Assembly: GCA_040954595.2 (NCBI GenBank)
Contig: CM082583.2
Location: 652,542-716,541 of the forward strand
DNA from: Balanoglossus misakiensis
Taxonomy: Eukaryota > Animalia > Hemichordata
Reading direction: 5' to 3'
Length of the DNA stretch: 64,000 bases
Part shown: positions 37,901 through 50,600 of the stretch, in pieces
How the letters are laid out: every line of letters starts with the position of its first letter
How positions within the stretch are numbered: the first letter of the stretch is position 1
Notes under the pieces: generated by a model
The model's input: only the letters and a program-made list of their open reading frames with translations
What the model was told of the DNA's origin: nothing
Databases searched by the model: none
Position numbers and translations under genes: made by a program

Positions 37901-39799
37901 AAATTGACAGGCAATAATGCAGTCCTACCCGAACAAATGTCAAGTGTTGAACCGCTGTGACTTTCCCTCTTCGGTTTGCCCGACTTAGCCAACGTCTTTG
38001 TACTAGAGTGTCGGGTCTTTTGCAGAGCCAGGCCGAAGGAAATCCGACTTGATCACCGTTGCTAACGAACGCTAGTGTCTGTCATGGTGTGCCGGTGTTT
38101 TAGTCGAGCCAGGCCGTAGGAGATCTGACTTGATCATCGTGGTCAATGTACGCGTGTTTCCGCTCTAAAGTGCCGGGGCTTCAGCTAAACCAGGCCGTAG
38201 GAAATCCGACGTAATCACTGTTGATAACTTACGCCAGTCTGTGTCATATAGAGCCGGTGCACCAGCCGAGTCACGCCGTAGGAAATCTGACTTGATCAAC
38301 GTGGTCAATGTACGCCTGTTTCTGCTCTAGAGTGCCGGGGCTTCAGCTGAGCCAGGCCGTAGGAAACCCGACGTGATTACCGTTGTTAACTTACGCCAGT
38401 CTGTGTCCTATATATAGTGCCGGGGCATCAGCCGTGCCAGGCCGAAGGAAATGTGAGTAGATCAACGTGGTCTCTGTACGCGTGTTTCTGCTCTAGAGTG
38501 CCAGGACTTTAGCCAAGCTATGCCGTAGGAAATCTGACTTGATCAACGTTGCTAACGAACGCTAGTGTCTGTCATAGTGTGCCGGGGTTTTAGTCGAGCC
38601 AAGCCGTAGGAGATCAGACTTGATCAACGTGGTCTCTGTACGCGTGTTTCTGCTCTAGAGTGCCGGGCTTTATCCAAGCCATGCCGTAGAAAATCTGACT
38701 TGATCACCGTTGCTAACGTACGCTAGTGTCTGTCATATTGTGACGGAGATTTAGCCGAGCCAGGCCGTAGAAAAATCGACTTGTTCAACGTTACCAGTGT
38801 GCAACTGTTTCTGCTCTAGAGTGTCAGGGTTTTAGCCGACTTATGCTGTAGGAAATCTGAGTTGATGAACGTGAATTCAATGTTAGAAAACCCGTGTGGA
38901 AAGTATCTCTACCCGTTTGAAACTAAGAAAAGAATTTATTCTTATTTTTTTGTAAAAAAGACAATTTTTCGAAAAAAAGTCGAAAATGGTAATTTTGTCT
39001 TGGGTGATTCAAATTATACCGCCTTTTCTGGAATTTGCAGCATTTTTTACAAGAGAACGACACATCATGCTCCATAATATTTCCGAAAATGAAGAAAAGA
39101 GTTATTTTTTTATGATTTTTTAAAATTTACCATTTTTGTCAAAATATGGCCAAAATGGCTATTTTTTCTTGAATTCCGTCAATATCTCTGCATTTTTGGA
39201 GTGGTCGAAAGTTTTAACATACAATCAACATGTCATATATGATCAGGGCACCAAATTCGAAGAACAAAGGTTTTTTTATTTTTTTTTCTAAAAATGACAT
39301 TTTCAAGGAAAATTTGGTAAAACGCAATTTTATCTGCAGTGAGCCAAATTGGCCGTTTTTTGTGGAATTTGTATCGATATATATATACGAAGAGCATTCT
39401 ATACTCCATCAGATTTCCGAAAATGTAGAAAACAGGTATTTTTGTAATTTTCAAAAATTTACCATTTTGACCAAATTGTGGCTAAAATTGTTATTTTCGT
39501 GTTGAATGCCGCCAGTGTCACTGCTTTTAAAAGTCATGAAAACTTTTAACATACAAGCAATTGTTTATATATGATCAGGTCACCGAATTAAAATAATAAA
39601 GAATGTTTTCCCTAAAAATGACCTTTTTGGTGCAAAAACGAATAAAACGCAATTTTGTATTAAATCAGCTCATTCAGAGTGCATTTTTTATAATCAGCAC
39701 CATTTTTACATATAATGGAAATTTCATACATCATCAGATATCCAAATATGAAAAAATGATTTAGATTTTAGATGATTGTCCAAAATTAGCTGATATCTA

Positions 39800-41652
39800 T
39801 GTCATATAGAGCCGGTGCACCAGCCGAGTCACGCCGTAGGAAATCTGACTTGATCAACGTGGTCAATGTACGCCTGTTTCTGCTCTAGAGTGCCGGGGCT
39901 TCAGCTGAGCCAGGCCGTAGGAAACCCGACGTGATTACCGTTGTTAACTTACGCCAGTCTGTGTCCTATATATAGTGCCGGGGCATCAGCCGTGCCAGGC
40001 CGAAGGAAATGTGAGTAGATAAACGTGGTCTCTGTACGCGTGTTTCTGCTCTATAGTGCCAGGGCTTTAGCCAAGCCATGCCGAAGGAAATCTGACTTGA
40101 TCAACGTTGCTTACTAACGCTAGTGTCTGTCATAGTGTGCCGGGGTTTTAGTCGAGCCAAGCCGTAGGAGATCAGACTTGATCAACGTGGTCTCTGTACG
40201 CGTTTTTCTGCTCTAGAGTGCCGGGGCTTTATCCAAGCCATGCCGTAGAAAATCTGACTTGATCACCGTTGCTAACGTACGCTAGTGTCTGTCATATTGT
40301 GACGGACATTTAGCGGAGCCAGGCCGTAGAAAAATCGACTTGTTCAACGTTACCAGTGTGCAACTGTTTCTGCTCTAGAGTGTCAGGGTTTTAGCCGACT
40401 TATGCTGTAGGAAATCTGAGTTGATGAACGGGAATTCAATGTTAGAAAACCCGTGTGGAAAGTATCTCTACCCGTTTCAAACTAAGAAAAGAATTTATTC
40501 TTATTTATTTTGTAAAAAAGACAATTTTTCGAAAAAAAGTCGTAATTTTGTCTTGGGTGATTTAAATTATACCGCCTTTTCTGGAATTTGCAGCACTTTT
40601 TACAAGAGAACGACACTTCATGCTCCATAATATTTCCGAAAATGAAGAAAAGAGTTAATTTTTTTATGATTTTTAAAAAATTTACCATTTTTGTCAAAAT
40701 ATGGCCAAAATGGCTATTTTTTCTTGAATTCCGTCAATATCTCTGCTTTTTTGGAGTGGTCGAAAGTTTTAACATACAATCAACATGTCATATATGATCA
40801 GGGCACCAAATTCGAAGAACAAAGGTTTTTTTATTTATTTTTCTAAAAATGACATTTTCAAGGAAAATTTGGTAAAACGCAATTTTGTCTGCAGTGAGCC
40901 TAATTAGACGGTCTTTTGTGGAATTTGTATCGATATATACATACGAAGAGCATTCTATACTCCATCAGATTTCCGAAAATGTAGAAAACATGTATTTTTT
41001 GTAATTTTCAAAAATTTACCATTTTGACCAAATTGTGGCTAAAATTGTTATTTTCGTGTTGAATGCCGCCAGTGTCACTGCTTTTAAAAGTCATAAAAAC
41101 TTTTAACATACAAGCAATTGTTTATATATAATCAGGTCACCGAATTAAAAAAATAAAGAATGTTTTGCCTAAAAATGACCTTTTTGGTGCAAAAACGAAT
41201 AAAACGCAATTTTGTATTAAATCAGCTCATTCAGAGTGCATTTTTTATAATCAGCACCATTTTTACATATAATTGAAATTTTATACATCATCAGATATCC
41301 AAATATGAAAAAATGATTTAGATTTTAGATGATTGTCCAAAATTAGCTGAAATCTAATAAATGTAGTATTCAACCGTTCTGTTTCCCCCCCCCCCTACAT
41401 TATATGCGGTACGCCGATGTCAGCTTACCCGGCAGTACTGCAGGCCGTGCCCCCAACTAACGTCGGTGTTTGAAGCGCCCAGGTTAAATTCGGGCCTTCT
41501 CTATAAATTGACAGGCAATAAGGCAGTCCTACCCGAACAAATGTCGAGTGTTGACCCGCTGTGACTTTCCCTCTTCGGTTTGCCCGACTTAGATAACATC
41601 TTTGTACTAGAGTGTCGGGTCTTTTGCAGAGCCAGGCCGAAGGAAATCCGAC
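39800..41652. repeat. 5'-truncated monomer M21 following a ~490-bp deletion that removes poly-C, linker and ~2.4 subunits
   Basis: Junction gctgatatcta|tgtcatatagagccgg at 39799/39800; the missing segment corresponds to 1752-2239 (488 bp) or 37752-38241 (490 bp). Confidence 0.95.
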
Positions 41653-44600
41653 TTGATCACCGTTGCTAACGAACGCTAGTGTCTGTCATGGTGTGCCGTG
41701 GTTTTAGTCGAGCCAGGCCGTAGGAGATCTGACTTGATCATCGTTGTCAATGTACGAGTGTTTCCGCTCTAAAGCGCCGGGGCTTCAGCTAAACCAGGCC
41801 GTAGGAAATCCGACGTAATCACCGTTGATAACTTACGCCAGTCTGTGTCATATAGAGCCGGTGCACCAGCCGAGTCACGCCGTAGGAAATATGACTTGAT
41901 CAACGTGGTCAATGTACTCCTGTTTCTGCTCTAGAGTGCCGGGGCTTCAGCTGAGCCAGGCCGTAGGAAACCCGACGTGATTACCGTTGTTAACTTACGC
42001 CAGTCTGTGTCCTATATATAGTGCCGGGGCATCAGCCGTGCCAGGCCGAAGGAAATGTGAGTAGATCAACGTGGTCTCTGTACGCGTGTTTCTGCTCTAG
42101 AGTGCCAGGGCTTTAGCCAAGCCATGCCGTAGGAAATCTGACTTGATCAACGTTGCTAATGAACGCTAGTGTCTGTCATAGTGTGCCGGGGTTTTAGTCG
42201 AGCCAAGCCGTAGGAGATCAGACTTGATCAACGTGGTCTCTGTACGCGTTTTTCTGCTCTAGAGTGCCGGGGCTTTATCCAAGCCATGCCGTAGAAAATC
42301 TGACTTGATCACCGTTGCTAACGTACGCTAGTGTCTGTCATATTGTGACGGACATTTAGCGGAGCCAGGCCGTAGAAAAATCGACTTGTTCAACGTTACC
42401 AGTGTGCAACTGTTTCTGCTCTAGAGTGTCAGGGTTTTAGCCGACTTATGCTGTAGGAAATCTGAGTTGATGAACGGGAATTCAATGTTAGAAAACCCGT
42501 GTGGAAAGTATCTCTACCCGTTTCAAACTAAGAAAAGAATTTATTCTTATTTATTTTGTAAAAAAGACAATTTTTCGAAAAAAAGTCGTAATTTTGTCTT
42601 GGGTGATTTAAATTATACCGCCTTTTCTGGAATTTGCAGCACTTTTTACAAGAGAACGACACTTCATGCTCCATAATATTTCCGAAAATGAAGAAAAGAG
42701 TTAATTTTTTTATGATTTTTAAAAAAATTACCATTTTTGTCAAAATATGGCCAAAATGGCTATTTTTTCTTGAATTCCGTCAATATCTCTGCTTTTTTGG
42801 AGTGGTCGAAAGTTTTAACATACAATCAACATGTCATATATGATCAGGGCACCAAATTCGAAGAACAAAGGTTTTTTTATTTATTTTTCTAAAAATGACA
42901 TTTTCAAGGAAAATTTGGTAAAACGCAATTTTGTCTGCAGTGAGCCTAATTAGACGGTCTTTTGTGGAATTTGTATCGATATATACATACGAAGAGCATT
43001 CTATACTCCATCAGATTTCCGAAAATGTAGAAAACATGTATTTTTTGTAATTTTCAAAAATTTACCATTTTGACCAAATTGTGGCTAAAATTGTTATTTT
43101 CGTGTTGAATGCCGCCAGTGTCACTGCTTTTAAAAGTCATAAAAACTTTTAACATACAAGCAATTGTTTATATATAATCAGGTCACCGAATTAAAAAAAT
43201 AAAGAATGTTTTGCCTAAAAATGACCTTTTTGGTGCAAAAACGAATAAAACGCAATTTTGTATTAAATCAGCTCATTCAGAGTGCATTTTTTATAATCAG
43301 CACCATTTTTACATATAATTGAAATTTTATACATCATCAGATATCCAAATATGAAAAAATGATTTAGATTTTAGATGATTGTCCAAAATTAGCTGAAATC
43401 TAATAAATGTAGTATTCAACCGTTCTGTTTCCCCCCCCCCCCCCTACATTATATGCGGTACGCCGATGTCAGCTTACCCGGCAGTACTGCAGGCCGTGCC
43501 CCCAACTAACGTCGGTGTTTGAAGCGCCCAGGTTAAATTCGGGCCTTCTCTATAAATTGACAGGCAATAAGGCAGTCCTACCCGAACAAATGTCGAGTGT
43601 TGACCCGCTGTGACTTTCCCTCTTCGGTTTGCCCGACTTAGATAACATCTTTGTACTAGAGTGTCGGGTCTTTTGCAGAGCCAGGCCGAAGGAAATCCGA
43701 CTTGATCACCGTTGCTAACGAACGCTAGTGTCTGTCATGGTGTGCCGTGGTTTTAGTCGAGCCAGGCCGTAGGAGATCTGACTTGATCATCGTTGTCAAT
43801 GTACGAGTGTTTCCGCTCTAAAGCGCCGGGGCTTCAGCTAAACCAGGCCGTAGGAAATCCGACGTAATCACCGTTGATAACTTACGCCAGTCTGTGTCAT
43901 ATAGAGCCGGTGCACCAGCCGAGTCACGCCGTAGGAAATATGACTTGATCAACGTGGTCAATGTACTCCTGTTTCTGCTCTAGAGTGCCGGGGCTTCAGC
44001 TGAGCCAGGCCGTAGGAAACCCGACGTGATTACCGTTGTTAACTTACGCCAGTCTGTGTCCTATATATAGTGCCGGGGCATCAGCCGTGCCAGGCCGAAG
44101 GAAATGTGAGTAGATCAACGTGGTCTCTGTACGCGTGTTTCTGCTCTAGAGTGCCAGGGCTTTAGCCAAGCCATGCCGTAGGAAATCTGACTTGATCAAC
44201 GTTGCTAATGAACGCTAGTGTCTGTCATAGTGTGCCGGGGTTTTAGTCGAGCCAAGCCGTAGGAGATCAGACTTGATCAACGTGGTTTCTGTACGCGTGT
44301 TTCTGCTCTAGAGTGCCGGGGCTTTATCCAAGCCATGCCGTAGAAAATCTGACTTGATCACCGTTGCTAACGTACGCTAGTGTCTGTCATATTGTGACGG
44401 AGATTTAGCCGAACCAGGCCGTAGAAAAATCGACTTGTTCAACGTTACCATTTGTGCAACTGTTTCTGCTCTAGAGTGTCAGGGTTTTAGCCGACTTATG
44501 CTGTAGGAAATCTGAGTTGATGAACGGGAATTCATTGTTAGAAAACCCGTGTGGAAAGTATCTCTACCCGTTTGAAACTAAGAAAAGAATTTATTCTTAT

Positions 44601-47600
44601 TTATTTTGTAAAAAAGACAATATTTCGAAAAAAAGTCGAAAATGGTAATTTTGTCTTGGGTGATTCAAATTATACCGCCTTTTCTGGAATTTGCAGCACT
44701 TTTTACAAGAGAACGACACTTCATGCTCCATAATATTTCCGAAAATGAAGAAAAGAGTTAATTTTTTATGATTTTTAAAAAATTTACCATTTTTGTCAAA
44801 ATATGGCCAAAATGGCTATTTTTTCTTGAATTCCGTCAATATCTCTGTTTTTTTGGAGTGGTCGAAAGTTTTAACATACAATCAACATGTCATATATGAT
44901 CAGGGCACCAAATTCGAAGAACAAAGGTTTTTTTATTTATTTTTCTAAAAATGACATTTTCAAGGAAAATTTGGTAAAACGCAATTTTGTCTGCAGTGAG
45001 CCTAATTAGACGGTCTTTTGTGGAATTTGTATCGATATATACATACGAAGAGCATTCTATACTCCATCAGATTTCCGAAAATGTAGAAAACATGTATTTT
45101 TTGTAATTTTCAAAAATTTACCATTTTGACCAAATTGTGGCTAAAATTGTTATTTTCGTGTTGAATGCCGCCAGTGTCACTGCTTTTAAAAGTCATTAAA
45201 ACTTTTAACATACAAGCAATTGTTTATATATAATCAGGTCACCGAATTAAAAAAATAAAGAATGTTTTGCCTAAAAATGACCTTTTTGGTGCAAAAACGA
45301 ATAAAACGCAATTTTGTATTAAATCAGCTCATTCAGAGTGCATTTTTTATAATCAGCACCATTTTTACATATAATTGAAATTTTATACATCATCAGATAT
45401 CCAAATATGAAAAAATGATTTAGATTTTAGATGATTGTCCAAAATTAGCTGAAATCTAATAAATGTAGTATTCAACCGTTCTGTTTCCCCCCCCCCCCTA
45501 CATTATATGCGGTACGCCGATGTCAGCTTACCCGGCAGTACTGCAGGCCGTGCCCCCAACTAACGTCGGTGTTTGAAGCGCCCAGGTTAAATTCGGGCCT
45601 TCTCTATAAATTGACAGGCAATAAGGCAGTCCTACCCGAACAAATGTCGAGTGTTGACCCGCTGTGACTTTCCCTCTTCGGTTTGCCCGACTTAGATAAC
45701 ATCTTTGTACTAGAGTGTCGGGTCTTTTGCAGAGCCAGGCCGAAGGAAATCCGACTTGATCACCGTTGCTAACGAACGCTAGTGTCTGTCATGGTGTGCC
45801 GTGGTTTTAGTCGAGCCAGGCCGTAGGAGATCTGACTTGATCATCGTTGTCAATGTACGAGTGTTTCCGCTCTAAAGCGCCGGGGCTTCAGCTAAACCAG
45901 GCCGTAGGAAATCCGACGTAATCACCGTTGATAACTTACGCCAGTCTGTGTCATATAGAGCCGGTGCACCAGCCGAGTCACGCCGTAGGAAATATGACTT
46001 GATCAACGTGGTCAATGTACTCCTGTTTCTGCTCTAGAGTGCCGGGGCTTCAGCTGAGCCAGGCCGTAGGAAACCCGACGTGATTACCGTTGTTAACTTA
46101 CGCCAGTCTGTGTCCTATATATAGTGCCGGGGCATCAGCCGTGCCAGGCCGAAGGAAATGTGAGTAGATCAACGTGGTCTCTGTACGCGTGTTTCTGCTC
46201 TAGAGTGCCAGGGCTTTAGCCAAGCCATGCCGTAGGAAATCTGACTTGATCAACGTTGCTAATGAACGCTAGTGTCTGTCATAGTGTGCCGGGGTTTTAG
46301 TCGAGCCAAGCCGTAGGAGATCAGACTTGATCAACGTGGTTTCTGTACGCGTGTTTCTGCTCTAGAGTGCCGGGGCTTTATCCAAGCCATGCCGTAGAAA
46401 ATCTGACTTGATCACCGTTGCTAACGTACGCTAGTGTCTGTCATATTGTGACGGAGATTTAGCCGAACCAGGCCGTAGAAAAATCGACTTGTTCAACGTT
46501 ACCATTTGTGCAACTGTTTCTGCTCTAGAGTGTCAGGGTTTTAGCCGACTTATGCTGTAGGAAATCTGAGTTGATGAACGGGAATTCATTGTTAGAAAAC
46601 CCGTGTGGAAAGTATCTCTACCCGTTTGAAACTAAGAAAAGAATTTATTCTTATTTATTTTGTAAAAAAGACAATATTTCGAAAAAAAGTCGAAAATGGT
46701 AATTTTGTCTTGGGTGATTCAAATTATACCGCCTTTTCTGGAATTTGCAGCACTTTTTACAAGAGAACGACACTTCATGCTCCATAATATTTCGGAAAAT
46801 GAAGAAAAGAGTTAATTTTTTATGATTTTTAAAAAATTTACCATTTTTGTCAAAATATGGCCAAAATGGCTATTTTTTCTTGAATTCCGTCAATATCTCT
46901 GTTTTTTTGGAGTGGTCGAAAGTTTTAACATACAATCAACATGTCATATATGATCAGGGCACCAAATTCGAAGAACAAAGGTTTTTTTATTTATTTTTCT
47001 AAAAATGACATTTTCAAGGAAAATTTGGTAAAACGCAATTTTGTCTGCAGTGAGCCTAATTAGACGGTCTTTTGTGGAATTTGTATCGATATATACATAC
47101 GAAGAGCATTCTATACTCCATCAGATTTCCGAAAATGTAGAAAACATGTATTTTTTGTAATTTTCAAAAATTTACCATTTTGACCAAATTGTGGCTAAAA
47201 TTGTTATTTTCGTGTTGAATGCCGCCAGTGTCACTGCTTTTAAAAGTCATAAAAACTTTTAACATACAAGCAATTGTTTATATATAATCAGGTCACCGAA
47301 TTAAAAAAATAAAGAATGTTTTGCCTAAAAATGACCTTTTTGGTGCAAAAACGAATAAAACGCAATTTTGTATTAAATCAGCTCATTCAGAGTGCATTTT
47401 TTATAATCAGCACCATTTTTACATATAATTGAAATTTTATACATCATCAGATATCCAAATATGAAAAAATGATTTAGATTTTAGATGATTGTCCAAAATT
47501 AGCTGAAATCTAATAAATGTAGTATTCAACCGTTCTGTTTCCCCCCCCCCCCCCCTACATTATATGCGGTACGCCGATGTCAGCTTACCCGGCAGTACTG

Positions 47601-50600
47601 CAGGCCGTGCCCCCAACTAACGTCGGTGTTTGAAGCGCCCAGGTTAAATTCGGGCCTTCTCTATAAATTGACAGGCAATAAGGCAGTCCTACCCGAACAA
47701 ATGTCGAGTGTTGACCCGCTGTGACTTTCCCTCTTCGGTTTGCCCGACTTAGATAACATCTTTGTACTAGAGTGTCGGGTCTTTTGCAGAGCCAGGCCGA
47801 AGGAAATCCGACTTGATCACCGTTGCTAAAGAACGCTAGTGTCTGTCATGGTGTGCCGTGGTTTTAGTCGAGCCAGGCCGTAGGAGATCTGACTTGATCA
47901 TCGTTGTCAATGTACGAGTGTTTCCGCTCTAAAGCGCCGGGGCTTCAGCTAAACCAGGCCGTAGGAAATCCGACGTAATCACCGTTGATAACTTACGCCA
48001 GTCTGTGTCATATAGAGCCGGTGCACCAGCCGAGTCACGCCGTAGGAAATATGACTTGATCAACGTGGTCAATGTACTCCTGTTTCTGCTCTAGAGTGCC
48101 GGGGCTTCAGCTGAGCCAGGCCGTAGGAAACCCGACGTGATTACCGTTGTTAACTTACGCCAGTCTGTGTCCTATATATAGTGCCGGGGCATCAGCCGTG
48201 CCAGGCCGAAGGAAATGTGAGTAGATCAACGTGGTCTCTGTACGCGTGTTTCTGCTCTAGAGTGCCAGGGCTTTAGCCAAGCCATGCCGTAGGAAATCTG
48301 ACTTGATCAACGTTGCTAATGAACGCTAGTGTCTGTCATAGTGTGCCGGGGTTTTAGTCGAGCCAAGCCGTAGGAGATCAGACTTGATCAACGTGGTTTC
48401 TGTACGCGTGTTTCTGCTCTAGAGTGCCGGGGCTTTATCCAAGCCATGCCGTAGAAAATCTGACTTGATCACCGTTGCTAACGTACGCTAGTGTCTGTCA
48501 TATTGTGACGGAGATTTAGCCGAACCAGGCCGTAGAAAAATCGACTTGTTCAACGTTACCATTTGTGCAACTGTTTCTGCTCTAGAGTGTCAGGGTTTTA
48601 GCCGACTTATGCTGTAGGAAATCTGAGTTGATGAACGGGAATTCATTGTTAGAAAACCCGTGTGGAAAGTATCTCTACCCGTTTGAAACTAAGAAAAGAA
48701 TTTATTCTTATTTATTTTGTAAAAAAGACAATATTTCGAAAAAAAGTCGAAAATGGTAATTTTGTCTTGGGTGATTCAAATTATACCGCCTTTTCTGGAA
48801 TTTGCAGCACTTTTTACAAGAGAACGACACTTCATGCTCCATAATATTTCGGAAAATGAAGAAAAGAGTTAATTTTTTATGATTTTTAAAAAATTTACCA
48901 TTTTTGTCAAAATATGGCCAAAATGGCTATTTTTTCTTGAATTCCGTCAATATCTCTGTTTTTTTGGAGTGGTCGAAAGTTTTAACATACAATCAACATG
49001 TCATATATGATCAGGGCACCAAATTCGAAGAACAAAGGTTTTTTTATTTATTTTTCTAAAAATGACATTTTCAAGGAAAATTTGGTAAAACGCAATTTTG
49101 TCTGCAGTGAGCCTAATTAGACGGTCTTTTGTGGAATTTGTATCGATATATACATACGAAGAGCATTCTATACTCCATCAGATTTCCGAAAATGTAGAAA
49201 ACATGTATTTTTTGTAATTTTCAAAAATTTACCATTTTGACCAAATTGTGGCTAAAATTGTTATTTTCGTGTTGAATGCCGCCAGTGTCACTGCTTTTAA
49301 AAGTCATAAAAACTTTTAACATACAAGCAATTGTTTATATATAATCAGGTCACCGAATTAAAAAAATAAAGAATGTTTTGCCTAAAAATGACCTTTTTGG
49401 TGCAAAAACGAATAAAACGCAATTTTGTATTAAATCAGCTCATTCAGAGTGCATTTTTTATAATCAGCACCATTTTTACATATAATTGAAATTTTATACA
49501 TCATCAGATATCCAAATATGAAAAAATGATTTAGATTTTAGATGATTGTCCAAAATTAGCTGAAATCTAATAAATGTAGTATTCAACCGTTCTGTTTCCC
49601 CCCCCCCCCTACATTATATGCGGTACGCCGATGTCAGCTTACCCGGCAGTACTGCAGGCCGTGCCCCCAACTAACGTCGGTGTTTGAAGCGCCCAGGTTA
49701 AATTCGGGCCTTCTCTATAAATTGACAGGCAATAAGGCAGTCCTACCCGAACAAATGTCGAGTGTTGACCCGCTGTGACTTTCCCTCTTCGGTTTGCCCG
49801 ACTTAGATAACATCTTTGTACTAGAGTGTCGGGTCTTTTGCAGAGCCAGGCCGAAGGAAATCCGACTTGATCACCGTTGCTAAAGAACGCTAGTGTCTGT
49901 CATGGTGTGCCGTGGTTTTAGTCGAGCCAGGCCGTAGGAGATCTGACTTGATCATCGTTGTCAATGTACGAGTGTTTCCGCTCTAAAGCGCCGGGGCTTC
50001 AGCTAAACCAGGCCGTAGGAAATCCGACGTAATCACCGTTGATAACTTACGCCAGTCTGTGTCATATAGAGCCGGTGCACCAGCCGAGTCACGCCGTAGG
50101 AAATATGACTTGATCAACGTGGTCAATGTACTCCTGTTTCTGCTCTAGAGTGCCGGGGCTTCAGCTGAGCCAGGCCGTAGGAAACCCGACGTGATTACCG
50201 TTGTTAACTTACGCCAGTCTGTGTCCTATATATAGTGCCGGGGCATCAGCCGTGCCAGGCCGAAGGAAATGTGAGTAGATCAACGTGGTCTCTGTACGCG
50301 TGTTTCTGCTCTAGAGTGCCAGGGCTTTAGCCAAGCCATGCCGTAGGAAATCTGACTTGATCAACGTTGCTAATGAACGCTAGTGTCTGTCATAGTGTGC
50401 CGGGGTTTTAGTCGAGCCAAGCCGTAGGAGATCAGACTTGATCAACGTGGTTTCTGTACGCGTGTTTCTGCTCTAGAGTGCCGGGGCTTTATCCAAGCCA
50501 TGCCGTAGAAAATCTGACTTGATCACCGTTGCTAACGTACGCTAGTGTCTGTCATATTGTGACGGAGATTTAGCCGAACCAGGCCGTAGAAAAATCGACT

